Shown here piece by piece: positions 49,503-63,784 of a stretch of 64,000 nucleotides of DNA. The notes below the pieces were generated by a model. It searched no databases. It saw only the letters and a list, made by a program, of their open reading frames with translations, and was not told the origin of the DNA. Source of the DNA: Eledone cirrhosa. Lineage: Eukaryota. The first letter of the stretch is position 1, and every line of letters starts with the position of its first letter. The DNA is taken from assembly GCA_964016885.1 (NCBI GenBank), contig CAXHJY010001078.1:27227-91226 (forward strand), given 5' to 3'. The translations under genes were made by a program, and so were the position numbers.

Positions 49503-52195
49503 GTTAATAGATATTCTGCATTCACATATATTTGCAATAATATAATATGATATAGAAATATATTTTTTCCTCTAACTGCAAAGTAATTAACATATTAATT
49601 TATATGTTCATTGTTTATTGTTTCGAGAGCAATTTTGAATTACCACCTTATTTGCTGATAGATTAGAAATAATAGTTTTGTATATTGAGAAGGTTATATA
49701 TTTTTCTTGAGTTGCCATTCTTTTTTTTTCTTTTGCTGTCATACTTTTCTGATTTTGTTTCTTATTTATAAATGTTGCTTTAAATGAAGTAATTCATTTA
49801 TACCAGTTTTTGATTTGTTTCTTTAAATACTTGTATCTTCATTGAATAAACAGTATGAACAATAATATAAAAATAAATTAATAATATCCATCATAATTAT
49901 TTGAATCCTTTTTAACAGAAAAAAAAATCTCTATATACATCTATTAATATTTATCTTAAAAACAAAAAAAAAATGCAATTTCTAATTATCATTAAAAAAT
50001 ATATTAACAATGATGTTTTAAATTATTTTTCTGACATTGACAATCTCACAGTGGCACTAAAAATTCACCTTTTGTTTTTGTTCATAGTTCTGCACTTGTA
50101 CATTTTCTTTTTTGCTTGGATTGCACAATAAGAAACTATTTTCAAAAGTTTCGAGGCAGAAATATATATATATATTTATTCATTTATTATATAAGATTTT
50201 AGTATAATATTTATTTTTCTGACTCTTTAAATTTCAGCTCCTAGTTCTAGTTACACCTATAATTTTTCTTGAAATATTAACTAAACTGTACTTTATTTTA
50301 TTACTCTTGAGAAACTTGTTTTCAAAATTATTCCACCCTTTCTCCACCCATCACTTCATTGCATCTTATCACTAAACATTATGCATATACTCTTAACTTC
50401 TTTTTGTCTTCATATATCATCTTCTCGATTTTCCCAAATTAATAATTATAACTAACTGAATAAATGAAATTATTAAAAAAAAAATAAGTAGAAGAAGAAT
50501 CATGACAAATTACATCATTTTATACATTATAGCTACATTTTGTTCCTCTTTTGTTTCTGTAATATCTTGATATCTTGCATTGCATGCTATAGAGTAACTT
50601 ATCATTAGATACACAATACAAAATATCAGAATGGTAATTAATAGAAAAAAAAAAAGAGAGAACAATTATAATTGCACATCAAATACTTAATTATAGTATG
50701 TAGTTTCTCCACCATCATCTAAATGTGTTTAATTGTATATTGTTTTTTTTAAATTCATTTAACTCTCTTAATGCTGAGTAGTTGTGGGTGGGTTATGACG
50801 TGTATGTTGTTTGTTTCACATAAATCTGAAAAGAGATTTAAATCTTTTATGATCAGTGAATGAAATTTTGAGGATGAGAACAATGAGGATGATGATATAT
50901 TAATTAGACATAAAGCTAGAATTTGAAAGAATTAAGTCTATAATGTTGCTTAACTCTTCATCTCACGTACTGCATGAAACCACAGCAAAATATTTTTGAA
51001 ATGTATAAGTCTTTACTCTAATACTGTAAATTCTCACAACCTGTCTACTAGTGAAGTTACTATAAACATTTAAATTTATGAGCCCATGTTTAAATATATT
51101 TCCTGCTAAATTACTAACAGATGTTAGAAAATATTGTTGCTACCAATTATAAACTGTAAATAACTACTGATGTATGGATAATTAATTTTCTTGAAGACAT
51201 AATCAAATTTGTTGTAAGTTAGGTAAAATATATAATCATTAGATTGCTATATATCTCAATTACAATACAACATTTATCCAGTGTTTCTAGTGGAACTCAT
51301 TTATAATTTATAAAAGTAAATAGTGCATCTACTCATTTTTTGCAATGTGGCTATGTACTAGCCAGCATATTTCAATGTTTCTTGAGGGAAATTGTTAGAG
51401 ATTATTATTAATTCCTAAAAGAAAATAATGATATTGTCAATTATATGGTATTCAGAAATTTACCTCTATTTGAAGTAACATGTTTGAAAGAACAACTCAG
51501 AAAATGTTGGTAATCAGTTGATGCTATGAAACATTTCTACATCATCACAATAGATTAAAATATCCTCTATAGATCTTGCAACATCTAATGTTGTATGTTT
51601 CCTATTAATATCACATTTATAAAAATACATTATTACATTGCTAGCCCTTTCTTATTGTATTCTCTGACCATCATATCGAATTATGTATTTGAATAATGAT
51701 ATATTATATCAATGGCATGTATCTATTATTGCTTTGATGTTTAGAATTTAGTTGTTTGAGTAACTGAGTGTCTGCTTCATGAAGTAACATGTGGTTGAGT
51801 ATTCAACAGACACATGTAACACATCAACATAACTCTTAGAGAGAATGGTCATAACACAATATCTGACAAGCCTGGACCTTTCACACAAACATGCAATCAC
51901 TATGGTGGCCTTCTACACAACTTCTGTTTATCTAATTTCATTCAGAAGGGCTTGGGCTGATTCAAGGTTATAGTAAAGACACTTGCCCCTAGATGCTGTG
52001 CAGTAAGACTAAATTTCGGACTACATTATTGCAAAACTGACTTCTTAATTATTCAGTCAGGTCTGTGTCTAGATTATATTATACTAACAACACAAATGAT
52101 GTCAAATAGAGTTTACATGTGCTTGTAACTTATTTCTTTGCCTTTTGACTTTCATTTTCCATGCACTATCTTTAGGTATATACATATCTTTATGG

Positions 52196-52250
<55 letters not shown>

Positions 52251-52485
52251 ATATATATAGTGTAGGTGATTCAGAGCCAATCCTCTGTGAAACGCAGCAA
52301 TTCACAATAAATATCTTATTCATGTAAACAATTCTTCCTCATTTGTTCTTATATATATATATAATAATAATAATAATAACATTAATAAAAATGGTGATGT
52401 TACATATATAGTTTATTCAACAAATGTTGAGAGCTTGCTCCTGCATTTACCAAAATAATCTCTTCAGAACATATATATATATATA

Positions 52486-53355
52486 CAGAGTGCGGACGAT
52501 ATCTGTTCGCAAGATTACTGTCAAGAAAAAAATAACACAGTAGTGTTATTTCTTTAAGATATATTTATCAAACTTGGGTCAGTTTGTCTTCATCACTTGT
52601 TCTTTCGATCTCACTTGATAAACCCGCCATTGGCTTTGATGACGGCCTCAAGGTGGCCTCGGAACTGGCTACAGGCCTTCGTCACTGTCCCCCGACTTAG
52701 GCCCCTAAAGGCACTTGTGATTCTGGCCTTCAGATCGTCTTTCGTATTGCAGCTAGATCTGTTGGTGTCTCATTCTACTGCGCCCCACACAAAGAAGTCG
52801 AGGGGTTGCAGTCAGGCGAGCTGGGTGCCCAGGTGTTAGGTGAAGTGTGGTCGACAAAGTTCTCTGACAGCCAGGCTTGGGTCTTTCGGATGGTATGGCA
52901 GGGTGCTGAGTCTTGCTGCCACACATACGGCCTACCTGCAGCTACCTGGTCAATCCAGGGCTTTACTACCTCGCTCAGAAAAGTGGATGTAGCCACCGGT
53001 GTTCAGCTTGAGGCCCTCAGGGAAGAAGTGAGGTGGCATGACGTCACCTTGACTGCTGACGACACCTAAGACCAATGTTGTCACTGGAAACTTTATCTGC
53101 ATGACTCTGGGCACGTCTTTGGATGAGACAACGAGCCACCTGTTGTTCTGGGAGTTGATCTTCTGGTCTTATTTGTCTTCCCGGCACGGATTCCACAAAT
53201 TTGGAGGTTCAAAACTATTCATAATCAATTATTCTGAAAATAAATAATGGAAATATAGTCACTGTTTTTATGAAGACAAGAGTGGCAACGGAAGTAAAAA
53301 AAATTTGCATAAAATTAGCAGTTGAAAATTGCGAGCAGATGTCGTCCGCACCCTT
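52486..53355 (-). mobile_element. maT-type (DD37D) Tc1/mariner element, internally deleted
   Basis: 27-bp TIRs CAGAGTGCGGACGATATCTGTTCGCAA / TTGCGAGCAGATGTCGTCCGCACCCTT in (TA)n; WQQDSAPCH...WAPSSPDCNP[L]D gives 37-residue spacing after correcting a 1-bp frameshift. Confidence 0.88.
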
Positions 53356-56205
53356 TATATATATATATGTGTGTGTATGTGTGTGTGTATGTGTGTATGT
53401 GTGTGTGTGTGTATGTATGTATGTGTGTGTATGTGTGTGTGTATGTATGTGTGTGTATGTGTGTGTGTGTACATACACATGTGTATGCATATAGCACCAT
53501 TTGTTTGTGTATGTACGTATTTTAACTTGTTAATATTCTCTCTGTCACCATGCTTATTCAACTCTTCAAAAAGTAAATAAGTCAGAAAGCTTATTATTAT
53601 AATATGCTCCACAAGTTAGAGCCTGAACGAATTCTTTTTGCCCAGGCATGAAGTTAATCTTTCTACTATTTAATTGACATCAGTATATGATATCAACCCA
53701 GGAGATATGAAAGACAAAAATCAACAGCAGGATTTTGGTTATCTATATGTATAGATATATATCGAACCATCTCGCTCTCCCTCTCTATCTCTCTATCTCT
53801 CTATCTCTCTCTTCCCCCCCCTCTCTCTCTCACTCACTCACTCTCTCTCTATATATCTCTCTCTATATATCTGTCTCTATATATCTCTCTCTCTCTCCAC
53901 TGTGTGTGTATATGTATGTAGACTGCCTCAATGAAAGAAGAAAATGAAATACAAAAAAAAGGTAGGAATTAGAAAATAAGTATCAGATAAGTAACAAATG
54001 AGACTGAGCAATCAAAGAATCCAATTATACTCATATATACATATACTTGCACACACACACACATAACTGTGTGTGTATAGATATATACACAGACAGATAG
54101 ATATACATACACAATACAGGTAGTTTTGTGACTGTTTATGCTTTACAAAAATCTTTTTCTGTTGTTCAAAAGATATCTATACTTTCACCCTAATTTTATT
54201 TATATTATAACAGGCAATATATATAAATATGGCCAATATGAAATTGCTTTTAACAAGTCAGCCTGAATATGGGGTGTTTAAAAGTGGTATACACTTTGTT
54301 TTAGCGCTTCTGTGAGGAACTTAATGCCATGAAATGGGTTTCATGGAATACAGAATTTTCTGATATTTTCAAGGAAAGTCATAATTTTTGCTTTTCATAG
54401 TTTTAAAAAAAGAAATACCTTCATTTCTTGAAATGCTATACAGATATATAAGCCAAAGACAACCAAAATAAATGGAAATAAAATAAGCAATGAAAAGTTT
54501 GATAAAATAAAAGAAAGAAAGCAAAGTTTTACTGAATATTCTGGTAGTATATGTTATATTGAGAAATCAAATAAGAAAAAAAAACTATATTGTGTGAATA
54601 GACATAAATGCATCTGTATATAAATATATAGATATTAAAATGCACATGTGCTTTAATACACATGTGCACAGAAACATGTATATATTATATATAAAAGCCC
54701 CAGTGGAAGTGGAAGCATGTATAATAACACTCATAGCTATTTCAGTTAGTTATTTACCAACTGTGCAATTACCACTGCTATCTGTGTATGTTACTCTATT
54801 TCGAATGAAATACTCTGAATTTCAGTTAAGTAATGAATACTTTTTAGGGACTTAATAAAATATATTATTTCATTACTAAGATCGTATTCATAACTTAACA
54901 AAAAATTGTTATATTAAACAATGTTCTTCTTTGCCCACATATTCCTGAAGGGATCATGGGGGAAGAATCATCAAACACTCCCTCTAGCAGGTGATGTCAA
55001 AAGTAACTGCCTGCAACTGATGCAGCTGGATCCCCAAGCAAGACCAGCTAAGCTCATGGATGTTATCCAACCATATTACTTGGGGTCTACCCCTGAATCT
55101 CATGCTGGTTGGTGGTGCCCCTGGGTTTCAATTCAAATAAGAACCCTTTAAAACGGGTTGTTTGTTTCATAGAATCATAGGCTGATTTAGGAAGTTTGGT
55201 ATCAAAAGGGTTAATAATGATTGCTTTTGACAAACTAAGTTTTGTAAAAGAGGGAAATATAGTCTATTCAACCAACTTCAGTTTATCTTGAATCTCATGA
55301 GCCATTTGCTTGCAATGGGCACTGCATGAAAACTAATTAACATTGTAATGGTATCAAGTTGTTTAATCAGGTAAACCCTATCTCTTTGTGTGGTGATACA
55401 CATATAGGTATAAGATAAATGAAGTGGCAGATATAGTGACATAGGCATTTTGTGGATGGTGTAATTGTGAGTGATCACATAGTGGTAGCATTGGCATCAA
55501 TATAACATTCTCTTTTTTTTAATCTATCAATGATAGTGCTGAGGGTAGCAGTAGTAAACAGGGAAGTTTTAAAATATTTTTTTTTTAAAATTAGAATTTG
55601 CATATATAGCAGAGTGTAACAGCTGTAGCAGTACCTAAAGGCGGGAAAATATTTTGGTTCTCTGTATTTTGTTGGTTTAATATATTTCACTTTGTTGGTT
55701 CTTGTAAAGGTTATAGGTGATGGAGATATTTTCACTTGAAAATTATGTTGTACTTTAAGAACCAGGTTCTATAAAAATACAAGTTTTAATTGAACTACAT
55801 TATTTTTTGTCTTCCTTTTCTTTGTATGTCTATCACAATTTCTTTCTTATGTTCTCCCACTTCCCACTTTTTCTCTTCCTGTCATTTAAAAAAATGAACA
55901 AATAAATGGACTTATATATTCCCAAGTGCTTATCAGTCTCATTAAAATGTTTTGAGAACAGTGTAAAAATAATTATAAAATTGAGAAATTATGAAGATAA
56001 TTAAAATTAAGATTATAAGTCCTGAAGGAAGATCTTGTAATAAAGGAAAACTTGTAAGCTTTTCTGACTAACTGCAGAAGTCTCTATGATAAAATAGATT
56101 TGTCCATAGCAATGTGAATACTTGCATACACATACTCCTGTTATGTAGCTATTTAAACTGTGTCCATTCTTGGGAACCACCTCCAAGCACAGATTATATA
56201 TATAT

Positions 56206-56402
56206 ATAGAAAGAGCCAGTACTCCGACGGCTGAGCTCCGGCCATTTCGACAGCTAGATCCAAATGTTGGATCTAGCTGTCAAAATGGCTGGAGCTCAGC
56301 CGTCGGAGTCCTGACTCTTTTTCTATTACCCGCTCTACTACCCGAAGTACCGAGTACTATGGTGTGTTATGGTCCACCTGGTATCTTACCACACCCTCTT
56401 TG
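56206..56402 (+). mobile_element. Short hairpin-headed element, copy 2
   Basis: Arms 56206-56263 / 56267-56326, 3-nt loop; tail homologous to 34012-34087. Confidence 0.75.
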
Positions 56403-56414
56403 TTTTATATATAT

Positions 56415-57621
56415 CATCATCATCATCATCACCGTTTTACGTCCGTTCTTCCACGCTAGCATGGGTTAGACGGGTTGTCCTGTTGTGGGCAGTGTCTGGT
56501 CGGCTGACCATGCCTTGCTCATACAGGAACTGATCTGGCTTGATTTCTACAGCTGGATGCCCTTCCTAACACCAACCTCATTTACAGTGAGTGCTGGGTG
56601 CTTTTTCGTGGCGCCTACACGTCCACTTTACAGTGTGGGCTGGGTGCTTTTTTGCCGTGGCACCTCCACGACCACCTTGCGGTGGGGGGGGGGCATATTG
56701 TTTATATGCTTCAGCATGTACCCATGGGAGGTCGGGTACCCTGTATTACTGCGTGACGCCAGAAGTCACGGTCGTGTGTCATTCTCTTTGAGAGGTGTAG
56801 TTGGGTAAGGTCGGCTTTTATCACCTCATCCCAAGTCATCTTGGGTCTCCCCACTCCGCGGTTTCCATCAACTTCTAGTGCTCTGCACCTTTTTATGCAG
56901 CTGTCATCCTTCATACGCATCACATGTCCATACCAGCGTAACCGCCTCTCCTGCACGCAGCATTTGATTCCTCTTATGCTCAGTCTCTCTCTCAATTCAT
57001 TTATGCTTTGTCGTTCACGTATATTACTGTTACACATCCATCGGAGCATGCAGGCTTCGTTTCTCTCTAATCTACGTAAGTCTTCCACCTTCAGCGCCCA
57101 GGTCTCACTACCATGCAACATCGCTGTTCGGATACACGCATCATACAGTCTGCCTTTCATTCTGAGGGAGAAGCCTTTTGCAGCTAGCAGTGGTAGTAGT
57201 TCCCTAAACTTCTTCCATCCCGTTCTTACCCTAGTTATTGTACTTTCTGAGCACCCACCTCCGTTGCTAATTCGGTCACCTAGGTAGCAGAAGCTGTCTA
57301 CTGTTTCTACAGGGCCCTCCCAGAGATTGGTGGTACTTGTTTCCTGTGGCTGTTTGCTTGCTGTTTCAGCACAGCTGCTGCATGTGAATCCTACATTCTT
57401 AATTAAGCTTCCTGAGATCCCGCTACATCTCTTGTGTACCCATTGTTTGCATTTGGGGCAAAGAATGGAGTTCCTACCTACACCTTTCCTACATACTGAG
57501 CAAGGCCATTTCCCTGAGGGGATCTGGGTTCTGTTTTCTCGTCTACTTATAAGGACCTTAGTCTTTGTCATGTTGACTTTGAGGCCCTTTCTCTCTAGTC
57601 CCTGCTTCCAGGTTTGGAATT
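56415..57621 (-). mobile_element. RTE LINE family C, 5'-truncated, frame open (PHD, RT end, C-terminus, 3' UTR)
   Basis: ORF 56711-57703; CSVC...CPKC...HKRC...CSSC; FCYLG; (CAT)n tail. Confidence 0.94.
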
Positions 57622-59440
57622 TATTATATATAAAATATATATAAAAAATTATGATTAATATACTTAAGAAATAGTTAATAAATATCTTAATACTCTTTAC
57701 CATTTTAAAGATTTAATGTTCACATGAGCACTCAAAAATTGTTATCAGCCCTCTGTTTCTTATTTAATGCTTGAACTAACAGAACTGTATTCCAGTTAAA
57801 GAATTTGTTAACATGCAAAAAGAAAAAAAAAAGGATACAAATTTAAAGGCATGGTCTTTGCTGAAATATACTGTATCAGAATCCTCAACGGTGAAATAAT
57901 ATCATAGCAATGGCCTTTTCAGTCGATATGAACTGAATATTGTATTGTAATTTTCATTACATGTAGGGATGCACACACACATATATGTAATTCCTCTCTT
58001 GTACAACATGAACATTAAACTAAAATACGTTAATATGCACAAGCTGGATTAGTGTATGCAAATGTGTTGAATGAATAGATTAGTTCATATATTGTAAACA
58101 AAACAAGTGGTTTGGAGGAAATATAGCCAGAAATTGGTTTTTGAAAGTGTATTTATTTGCAACCGACCAAGAAAGGAAATTGGATCTTCCCAGATAAGAT
58201 GATATAGAATAGAGTTGCATTTTCATTTTCTGTATGTACACCAACAAAATAACTCTTATTACTATTAAACACTCTCCACAACATCTTATCTACCTCCCAG
58301 TTTATCACTCATTCCTTTAACTCAGCCATTGTATTAACCAAAGCTCTGGCTACAAATTCCGGTTCCTGAACATCTATCATATACTTTTTTTCAGTTATCG
58401 TTCAAATCTCATCGCAAGGCTACATTCACTTAACTTTTCCTTCTTGATCAAAAGAACAACAAACCTAAAGCACTGAATATAGATATCAACACAAATAACC
58501 ATTTGAATATGTATCATTATGAATTACTGAATTACATTTAAAGAATTATCAACCCCATACTGAAGTGCTACATATTAAAATTTGTTGATACATATATACT
58601 ATATTGATATTATCTTCATAGACACTCATAAAACACACATACATATAAAAATATTCTTCACTTCTATGTTTCAATAAACATTTTGTTTAACAAAACTTTC
58701 ATAACTATATTTTAATCAGTGTTTGCCAGAAGAATGTAAGAACTTTGATCTTGCAAAACAACTAAATATTTCATAATCACTCAAAATCAATAAGTTTTTT
58801 TTTTCCAGAATTCTTCTTGTAGTTACTATTTTTTCTTCTTCCTGTCATTTCTTCGAATACATTGGAATATGTCTGATACAATATTATGTTGTTGTTTTTT
58901 TACCAAGTCAAATATTTGAGATGGTGATACAATAGATCGATATATAATAACATTTATTTTATGTTATAGACATGCATGGGTGTATATATATTCAGAAACT
59001 ATACACATTTATTGTGCACTATAAATATAGTTCAACATTATTTCTGTCTAGTTCATATTTTTTGCATTATCTGTGAGGTTGGAATATTTTCCTATAAACA
59101 CTATTTTATTAATACATGAAATAAAATAAATTTACATTATTTCAATGCTTCCTGATTCACATTACTGATATCTATTTTTCATTATTTTGTTGGGAAATAC
59201 TGCTGGCATTGATGTAATCAATATTCAAATTTGCTTTTTGTTTAAAATATTGAGCAAGGATACATTTCCAGAGGCTTACAATCTGGGGATCAATGATTGA
59301 GTATTTAATGTAGATGGAACTAAGTAAGGATGACAAGTGGATAGTATAGTGCATCAGCCAGAGTGGTAGTGGTATATATTTTCTTGATTCAGAGTAACAC
59401 AGGCTGTTGTAATAACAGTAGAACAATATGAAATGAATAA

Positions 59441-59626
59441 GTGTTTCTACTTTTAGCACAAGGCCAGCAATTATCGCAGTGTATTACTGGTACTTTATTT
59501 TATCAATCCTGTAAGGATGAAAGGCAAAGTTAAACTCGGCAGGATTTGAACTCAGACCATTAAGGGCTATAACTCTTTGCTGCTAAGCATGGCGTCCGAC
59601 CCTCTACCGATACTGCCAATCCACCT
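59441..59626 (-). mobile_element. Deu/Nin-type SINE with 16-bp TSD
   Basis: AATATGAAATGAATAA at 59425-59440 and 59627-59642. Confidence 0.9.
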
Positions 59627-61274
59627 AATATGAAATGAATAATATCAAGCAAGTGATTGTAGTCACTTTTTAAACAATTATATGAATGGCTTGTTTTCTT
59701 TGGTTTTTGTAGATGTGTATGTATGATTAGCAGCAGCAAAGCTATAGCAAATAGGGAATCAGAACTCTAATGTAGGTTTCTAAAGGATCAGCAGCTAATC
59801 AAATATGATGCATCTTTTGCCCTGAAGAGGAAGACTAGTTATTAGGATGCAATATTATATGTGAAGTTGTTATTGGCGATGGCATTGCTTTTGTAAAATT
59901 TCTCTAAAGTGAGAGATAACTTGTTTCTGTGTAGGAAGATAATGTCTTGGTATATATTGCTAGATGTAAACCATACTGGTGGTCAATGAAAATAGAAATA
60001 GGCTTAATGTGATAAAAGAGGTATTTGTTAATAACAATATCCATCATATTTTTTTTCTGTTGAAGATAATAGAAATGTAGTTAAAAGAGTCATATGAATT
60101 GATTTTCTTGGGAATATACTCATTGTCTTACATTTGTATATATTTGGAGAGAACCTTATATAGAAGGACTGAAGATTTTGATAAGCTTAACAACCACAAG
60201 AACACACTCTTTGAAAATAATGGAAAGGACTCGTTTAATGCTTAGGTTAGGTACAAATCTGATGTTCATCTTGCAAACATCGTAATGGTGGGAAAATGCC
60301 GTCCTGTCAGTTACGCTGCATGTATTTCTCCAGATGTTATAAGGAGGGATCTTTTTAGCACAACTGCATGAAAATAATTGGCAAATGACATTGTAGGGAA
60401 TATAACAACAATCTTTATTTGGAAAAAGATTGGTTTTTGGCAACCATGATATTGAAAAATGGAAGATCAATTATAATAGAACAGTAAATATGACAGTTAA
60501 GTAAGCATTTCTATAATGTAATGTTCATCACCTTGTATAGTCACAAAGCAGAAATGCTAACTGTTTGTCAGCTACATTGTCTGGGACAAGCAGAGTAAAA
60601 ATATTTTCAGTAAAGTACAATTGAAGACAATGCAGTACCAGCATTAAAGTTTATACACATAAACTTTGACCAGTTAGTTCAGCAACATATCACCTTTTAA
60701 ACAGCCATTATATTTAAAAATCAGATAGCTAAAATGTTTGTCAAGAATAGTCTGTTTAGTAGAAATCCAATTCTTTTGTGATTATTGCGATATAAAGTCT
60801 GCACAGGATACCAGACTTTGGGAAAGTAAAAGTTACCAATAATTTAATACTATCAGTCCAATTGAGTCATAAAGTACAATGAAAATGAACAATGTTTGTA
60901 CTAAATATCCTATTTCACCGAAGAATGGTGCCTTAAATAATGACACTGTCACTTTGTTATTTTAAATAACTGTTTTTATATAACCACTTTTTATGGTTAA
61001 TATTAAATATTTTATATGGCTTATATACTCAATGAAAGAATGATTGATTCTGCTAGATTTATGGTTTACATTTACATCCTTTCAGTATTTGGGAAGAAAA
61101 CCTTGCTTAATGTAAAGGAAATTTAGATGACGCAAAATATTTAGTATGAAATTCTAGATAGTGAGAACATAAGTGTTTTATGGAAGGAAGTCAAACTGTT
61201 TGCACATGAAGGGAATTTCTTTATATAAGTGTGATCGATAGGTAAACTAGTAGAACCAGAAAAGCATGAGTAAT

Positions 61275-61490
61275 CCTTTGATACCAACCTGTTGAAACCT
61301 GGTTTTATTATACACAACTCCTCATTTTAAAAATGGTCATGATTATATTAAAACAGTTCATAATTTGAAAACAATTTTGTTAGGTAATGTTTGAAACTTC
61401 AAATTACTAATGAAAAGGATAGTTATTTCATTAAATTCTTCAAATTTTCAAAATTCATTGATTCACATAGAAACATGGTAACTAAAGGCT
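61275..61490. mobile_element. Degenerate piggyBac-type MITE (second family)
   Basis: cctttgataccaac...ggtaactaaagg. Confidence 0.55.
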
Positions 61491-62127
61491 TAGAGATATG
61501 AATGCAGGGAAATCAGTTGGAGCATCAGAGATGCAAGTCTGTAAAAGTGGATGCAAAAATGATGATGATGATGATGATGACTGATAGTAATTATTTTAAA
61601 CAGAGGATTACAGATAGATTAATGATTCATATACCTAGGTAGTAGATATCTAATATTGCAGCATTTGGAACAAGCAGTAATTATCATAATAGACAATTCT
61701 AACATTTCAATAACAATTCAAGAAAAAATTCTTAACATACAGTTTAAGATATTTTCCCATAATTTTAGAAAGGTATTTGTAAGAAAATTTGTCATATAAG
61801 TCTGCAGATAAAGTTAACTTAGCTGAAAATTTGATCGATTGTCTGTATAATAGAAGTGTATCAAATCTACTGAAGTGTCAAATTTTGTAATTATTGCCCT
61901 GGGGGTTCTTTTAACAAATATGAAATGCCATTTGGTTTCTGATAGTTATTATGTAAATATTTTCTTTTAAAATCTATCAAATAAAAGATGACATCTAAAT
62001 GGAGTTGTAGATTCCTTTTTCAGCCATGATTAAAGTGGAGTGAGAAACTGAATATTATTTTGTAATACCGAGACAAACTTTATGCAGTCATTGTAGGGCT
62101 TTGCTAATTTTTCTTAATATTTATAAT

Positions 62128-62346
62128 GAGGGCATTTGATTGACATAGTTGTTAGAGCATTAGACAAATGCTAAGCAGTATTTGTTCTGGCTCTTTACAT
62201 TCTGAGTTAAAATCCTCTCATGGTCAAATTTACCTTTCATCCCTCATAGGTCGATAACATAAAGTGTCAGTGAATTACTGGGAGAGGGGTCAATTTAATT
62301 GACTTCCCCGCCCTTAAATTGCTGGTCTTGTGCCAAAATTAGAAAT
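62128..62346 (+). mobile_element. Older Deu/Nin-type SINE
   Basis: ctgagttaaaatcc...cctttcatccctcataggtcgataa...gctggtcttgtgccaaaattagaaa. Confidence 0.75.
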
Positions 62347-62670
62347 CTGTCTAGAACTATGTCCCATAATAAAATACACGTAAAATAGTCGGCATTGAGA
62401 AGGGGATCCAGCTGTAGAAACTATTTTAAAAATACAATGTATTCTTGTGTAAAATGATAAACCGACCAACCTATGCCTGCATGTAAAATGTGATTATTCT
62501 CCAAACTACTCTAAATAAAAGGTGAAATGTAGTTTTGCTCTAAAATATTGGCATACTATTCAATGTTTGAAGAATTAAAATTGAGATGTATTCTGTTCAA
62601 AATGTTGTCTTAATAAATATAGCAAAAGATAGTGGCTGAAGACTAAAAGCTTACTGACTAAAAGCTTACT

Positions 62671-62916
62671 CATCATCATCGTTTAACGTCTATCTTCCAC
62701 ACTAGCATGGGTTAGACGGGAATTGTCCCACTTGAGGCAAGGTTGGTCGGGTGACCGTGTGTCTCGCTCGTATAGGACTATCTGGCAGGTTTTCTACGGC
62801 TGGATGCCCTTCCTAACACCAACTACATTTACAGTGTCGACTGGAGCTTTTTACCGTGTTACCTACACAACCACATTACAGTGTGGACTGTGTGTGTTTT
62901 TTTTTTTGTTGTGACA
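62671..62916 (-). mobile_element. RTE family B 3' UTR fragment
   Basis: Matches 1021-1253. Confidence 0.85.
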
Positions 62917-63784
62917 CATTGCCATTCTTATTGTTTTATGAATATATTTATATGACGGATCTCAAATTATTGTTGTGTATCCTAAATTATTGAAGGTGCC
63001 AAACTTTGTAATCATCCTCTTTAGTGTACTCTTCAGAAATATGAAATATACAACTTTTTTATTTGTTTATAAAAGGGTTGAGATTGTACGAGTATTTTCT
63101 ATTTTACAGAGAAAATTTACACCGATGAGAAATTTATGCATAGAAGGAAGGGTGTTATCCTCAAAAACCTTTCCGCCAACAAGAGATCTCAAAACACCCT
63201 GATTAATTTTAATCAATGCCTTCATGATTCTAAGTAACTTTTCAAAAGATGGCTCACTTGAAACTTTCATATTTTTTTAATTTTTAAATTTTTAATTTTT
63301 AATTTTTAATGAATAAACCACGTTGGCTATGCTGCCAGGAAAAATATTTGTTAATCATCTATGTACCTTTGTTATTATGATGGCACCATATTGTTGACCT
63401 ACACTTTAAACCATCTATCTATCTATCACACACATACTCTCTCTCTCACTGTATTTTCCTCTCAACAACAACTTTTCACATATATATGTAGGAAGGGAAA
63501 AGGGGGGGAAGAGTAAAACGTTATAGTTGGTGAGAGAGAAATACAATGAGAGTGTGTGTGTGAAAGATAGATAGAGGGGTAGAGTGTTGATACCATAGAA
63601 ACGAAAATTTTGACAAATTTACACTTAAATGTCATTTTAAAAGTCTGTCGTCATCACTTTCATTCTGACGTCATAAACGATGCACCTCTCTTTCACACAC
63701 ACACACACACTCTCTCTCTCTCTCACTCACTGTGTTTCTCTCTCAACAACACTTCTCCTCTTCCCTCCTATATATATTCTGTGA

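Noticed and set aside
59700-61250. Possible additional exons or decayed coding sequence
   Set aside because: No recognisable domain and no consistent open frame with splice sites.
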